In this document: in pieces, positions 60,906 to 64,000 of the stretch
How the letters are laid out: the number at the start of each line of letters is the position of its first letter
Position numbering within the stretch: the first letter of the stretch is position 1
Source: an uncultured Chloroflexota bacterium
GTDB taxonomy: Bacteria > Chloroflexota > Dehalococcoidia > CAUJGQ01
Reading direction: 5' to 3'
Length of the DNA stretch: 64,000 bases
NCBI GenBank assembly: GCA_937879875.1
Contig: CALFMN010000244.1
Span: 46,433 to 110,432 of the forward strand
The notes under the pieces: model-generated
Databases searched by the model: none
The model's input: the letters and a program-made list of their open reading frames with translations, nothing else
What the model was told of the DNA's origin: nothing
Position numbers and translations under genes: made by a program

Positions 60906-62408
60906 TCAGCGTTGGTGAGCTGGATCCTTGAAGCGCGGATCGACAACCGTTACGTCGGGCCGAATATGGCCGGCCCGCTGCGCATACCACAGCGCGAAGG
61001 TATGGCCGTCCTGATCTGACGTAACAATGCCGTGTGGCGGCGCCGCGTTGAGCGTGGTCGTGGCGAAGTTCCACGCCTCCCAGTCGTTGCGCAGGTTGAA
61101 GTCGTGCAGCCCAACGACGGCCCAGGGCAACACGGTCGCCAGCGCGGCCGCGATGGCCGCGGCAGGGAGATAGCGCCGCCGCTGCGCCGTCAGCGCGCCC
61201 CGGGCCCACACCAACGCGGCCAGCATGCCGACGCCGGCGAAGATCGCGATCAGCACGTCCGCCTGAATCAGGTAGTTCTCGCGGCCGTCCGCTTTGTATT
61301 CCGTGTAGAAGACCGTGCAAAGCGCAATCACGGCCAGCCCATGTGCGGTGAACGGCCGCTCCGCGTCCCAGAGCACGGCCGCGCCGCCCACGGCGAGCGG
61401 CACGATCCACCAGGCGAACTGCCCGAGGAACAGCCTGAGCGCCACGGGCAGCCCCTGCAAAAAAACCGTCAGGCTACGGTCCAGATAGTGGTGGTAGAGG
61501 GCGCCCGTCACCACGTCCACAAAACGGTCGAAGGTCGTGGGATCGCCCCAGTTCGACGCCGGATGCTGCGCGGCGCGCAGCGGCAGCAGCAGATAGAGTG
61601 CCAGCGGTGCGACCAGCAGGGCGCCGGCGCCGGCCAGCAGCTTCGGCTCAAGCAGCCGCGCGCGGTAGCGCAGCACCAGGGCGAGCGCCGCGCCTGCGAC
61701 GGTGAAGCCAAGCGTGGTGTGATGCGTGAGCGCAAAGCCGCCGGCCAGGGCTGCGCCCCAAACCTGCCGGCGCCGATCGCGCGGCCCAGCCACGATCCAG
61801 GCGATCAACCCGGTGAACAGCGCAACCTGCGCGTAGGTCTCCGCCTGCACCGACTGTGACCAGAGCGTGCGCGAGGCCGCCAGCGCCAGCGCTGCCGTGG
61901 CCGCCGCACCGTAGCGCATCGCGGCCGAGCTGCGAGGGATCGCTGGTGACAACCGCAGCACGGCAAGAAAGGCAAAGACCACCGCCCCGGCCGCGCAGAG
62001 TCCGGAGAAGAGGCCGAGCCGATAGGCGAGCTGCCCGATCGGCACGAGATGCCCGAACACGCCGCCGGCGAGCACGTACAGCGGATACCCCGTCGGATGG
62101 GGAACGCCCCAGGTCGCCACCGCCGAAGCCAGGTCACCGCTGTCGCCGTGCGGGGGAAAGCGCCAGGTCACGCTCGGCGCCATCGTCGCCAGGTACAGCG
62201 CGAACGCGACCACGCCCACGCCGGCGGCGAGATAGGCGGTCGTGCGACGCGGGAGGACGATCGGCGTCAAAGCCTCGCCGGCGAATGCGGTCGACGACCG
62301 GCCGGATCGTGCAGGCGCGTTCGGCGTCTTCGCCCGCGTGCGCGTGGCCATCGCCGCTCGGGAACGCTGCTTGGACATGCTCACAACCCGCAGGCGCCCT
62401 CGGCGCAT
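60906..62408 (-). CDS. DUF2723/GT39-like integral membrane protein (putative glycosyltransferase)
   Basis: A polytopic membrane protein with the N-terminal loop YLATMAPSVTWRFPPHGDSGDLASAVATWGVPHPTGYPLY typical of DUF2723. The start is uncertain among M 62408, MSKQRS and MATRTR. Confidence 0.65.
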   Translation of the reverse strand: MRRGRLRVVSMSKQRSRAAMATRTRAKTPNAPARSGRSSTAFAGEALTPIVLPRRTTAYLAAGVGVVAFALYLATMAPSVTWRFPPHGDSGDLASAVATWGVPHPTGYPLYVLAGGVFGHLVPIGQLAYRLGLFSGLCAAGAVVFAFLAVLRLSPAIPRSSAAMRYGAAATAALALAASRTLWSQSVQAETYAQVALFTGLIAWIVAGPRDRRRQVWGAALAGGFALTHHTTLGFTVAGAALALVLRYRARLLEPKLLAGAGALLVAPLALYLLLPLRAAQHPASNWGDPTTFDRFVDVVTGALYHHYLDRSLTVFLQGLPVALRLFLGQFAWWIVPLAVGGAAVLWDAERPFTAHGLAVIALCTVFYTEYKADGRENYLIQADVLIAIFAGVGMLAALVWARGALTAQRRRYLPAAAIAAALATVLPWAVVGLHDFNLRNDWEAWNFATTTLNAAPPHGIVTSDQDGHTFALWYAQRAGHIRPDVTVVDPRFKDPAHQR

Positions 62409-62427
62409 CGTCGGATCGTCGGATCGT

Positions 62428-62483
62428 CGCCCTACGCCCTACGCCCTACGCCCTACGCCCTACGCCCTACGCCCTACGCCCTA
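62428..62483. repeat. Heptanucleotide tandem repeat (CGCCCTA)x8, preceded by (CGTCGGAT)x2
   Basis: Read directly from the sequence: cgcccta x8, perfect. It lies about 20 nt upstream of the annotated DUF2723 start and downstream of the apt stop. Confidence 0.85.
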
Positions 62484-62541
62484 CAAGGATAGACGGCAGC
62501 ACGATCCCGGCTGCAAGTCGGCACACCGGGGCGCCGGGCGG

Positions 62542-63054
62542 TCAGTACTCCAGCAATGCCTCGACGCGGTAGCCATCGAGCTTGCTGCGGCCGTCAAGAA
62601 AGCGCAGCTCGATCAAGAACTGCAACGCGTGTACCTGGCCGCCGATCAGCTCCACCAGCTTCGCCGCGGCGTTGGCCGTGCCGCCGGTGGCCAGCACATC
62701 GTCGACGATCACGGCGCGTTGGCCGGCGACCAGCGCGTCGCTGGCGATGTCGAGCTGGCTGCTGCCGTACTCCAGCGTATATTCGATGCTCATACGCGGC
62801 GCCGGCAGCTTACCCGGCTTGCGCACCGGCACGAACGGCACGGCCAGCCGGTCCGCGAGCGGCGCCCCGAACAGAAAGCCGCGCGACTCGATGCCGACGA
62901 TGGCCTCGACTGGCTCGCCGCGATACCGCTCGGTGAAGCGATCGAGCGCCTCACGGAAGGCCGACGGATCGCGCAACAGCGGCGTGATGTCCCGAAACAG
63001 CACGCCGGGCTGCGGGAAGTCGGGAATGTCGCGGATGTACTGCTTCAGATCCAC
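62542..63054 (-). CDS. apt: Adenine phosphoribosyltransferase
   Basis: DLKQYIRDIPDFPQPGVLFRDITPLL...VIVDDVLATGGT is the PRPP-binding motif. Start is probably GTG (VDLKQY). Track ORF 62542..63165 extends further upstream. Confidence 0.85.
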   Translation of the reverse strand: MDLKQYIRDIPDFPQPGVLFRDITPLLRDPSAFREALDRFTERYRGEPVEAIVGIESRGFLFGAPLADRLAVPFVPVRKPGKLPAPRMSIEYTLEYGSSQLDIASDALVAGQRAVIVDDVLATGGTANAAAKLVELIGGQVHALQFLIELRFLDGRSKLDGYRVEALLEY

Positions 63055-63218
63055 GCCATCACTCTGCGAAGCCGTTGCGGCAGCCGCGCCTGCGTAGCAT
63101 AGGAGCGGCGATTCGGACCGGTCAATCGCAACGGCACGGTCGCATACGTCGCATACCGCATACAATGACGAGGATGCGCGCGAGGCGCAGCGATCGTCCG
63201 CGGCGGTGCGGTGCGGGG

Positions 63219-64000
63219 ATGGCGATGGGTGGACGGCGGGCGCTGTTCGTGCTGGCCGCGATCGTGCTGATCACGGCGGGTTGCGGCAAGAAGGCAGATT
63301 CGGGCAACAACAACGCTGGTGGCGCGACGGCGACGCCGATCACCAACGGACAGCCGGCCGTCGCGTCGACCGCCGCCGCTACGTCGTCTGACGTGGCGCC
63401 GGACGGGCGTACGTACGTGATCACCAACCCGCGCTTCGATCCGCTGCCCGGCGCCCGTGCCCTCTACGGCGTGCTCGGCGGGGCGGCGTACGAGATCGAA
63501 GTGCCGCAGAGTTGGAACGGTGAGCTGGTGCTCTATGCCCACGGCTTTACCGGCGACGATCCGATCGTCTTCGTGCAGATGCCGCCGCTGCGCCAGTATT
63601 TCATCGAGCACGGCTTCGCCTGGGCCGCCACCAGCGACGCGACCAGCGGCTACAATCCCGACCAGGGGCTGCACGACACGCTGGCGCTGCGCGACGCCTT
63701 CATCCAGCAGGTCGGCGCCCCCAAACGCACCTACATCGACGGCACCTCGATGGGCGGCCACGTCGTCGTCTCTGCGATGGAGCAGCACCCCGAGCTGTTC
63801 GCGGGCGGTTACTCCGAGTGCGGTGTCGTGGCCGGCGTCGAGGAGCTGGACTATCTCGTGAGCTACAGCGCTCTCGCCGCCTACGTGACCAACACGGCGT
63901 TGCCGATTACCGACCGCGCCGCCTATTTGGCCGCCGTGCGCGCGAAGCTCCTGCCCGCGCTCGGCCCGGCGAGCCAGCCCACACAGGCTGGAGTGCAGTT
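63219..64000 (+). CDS. Alpha/beta-hydrolase lipoprotein (partial; runs off right edge)
   Basis: Not in the ORF track because there is no stop within the window. MAMGGRRALFVLAAIVLITAGC (lipobox) is present. The nucleophile elbow GTSMGGHVV is present. The frame stays open to position 64000. Confidence 0.6.
   Translation, partial: MAMGGRRALFVLAAIVLITAGCGKKADSGNNNAGGATATPITNGQPAVASTAAATSSDVAPDGRTYVITNPRFDPLPGARALYGVLGGAAYEIEVPQSWNGELVLYAHGFTGDDPIVFVQMPPLRQYFIEHGFAWAATSDATSGYNPDQGLHDTLALRDAFIQQVGAPKRTYIDGTSMGGHVVVSAMEQHPELFAGGYSECGVVAGVEELDYLVSYSALAAYVTNTALPITDRAAYLAAVRAKLLPALGPASQPTQAGVQ

Noticed and set aside
62401-62490. Possible CRISPR array (short direct repeats)
   Set aside because: The repeats are 7-8 nt units in perfect tandem with no spacers. 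This is a microsatellite, not a CRISPR array. No cas genes are present in the window.

Overview
This window is a high-GC (about 70% GC by eye) bacterial chromosomal segment with dense coding on both strands. Its gene content (archaeal-type class I FBA, GlpX, F420-type LLM oxidoreductase, SCO1664-family protein, stand-alone groEL with a CIRCE element) suggests a Chloroflexi/Thermomicrobia-like or actinobacterial genome. Recognisable housekeeping genes are rpsO-pnp, clpP, groEL, mnmE, pckA, glpX, fba, apt, a DEAD-box helicase and several aminotransferases. Among them sit accessory elements: a MazE/AbrB-Doc toxin-antitoxin pair; a DUF433-DUF5615-DUF433 triad followed by a lower-GC islet; two tandem-paralog lipoprotein genes; two tandem ferritin-like diiron paralogs divergent from a TetR gene; and a four-gene acid-sugar/F420-context cluster. 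The most unusual signal is non-coding. Two unrelated families of structured repeats with terminal inverted repeats, resembling miniature inverted-repeat transposable elements (MITEs), are scattered through intergenic DNA. Family A has four copies, three of about 230 bp and one internally deleted copy of about 90 bp, with termini GGGGCACCTAACCCTGA. Family B has three copies of about 185 bp with the palindromic core CCCCTCGCCCAGGATTGGGAGAGGGG; one copy supplies the last codons of a xanthine-dehydrogenase-family gene. No CRISPR array, rRNA, tRNA, transposase or integrase was seen. All coordinates were derived by hand from the ORF track plus reading the sequence and may be off by a few nucleotides. 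Start codons are best guesses, and the ORF track evidently reports GTG/TTG starts as M.
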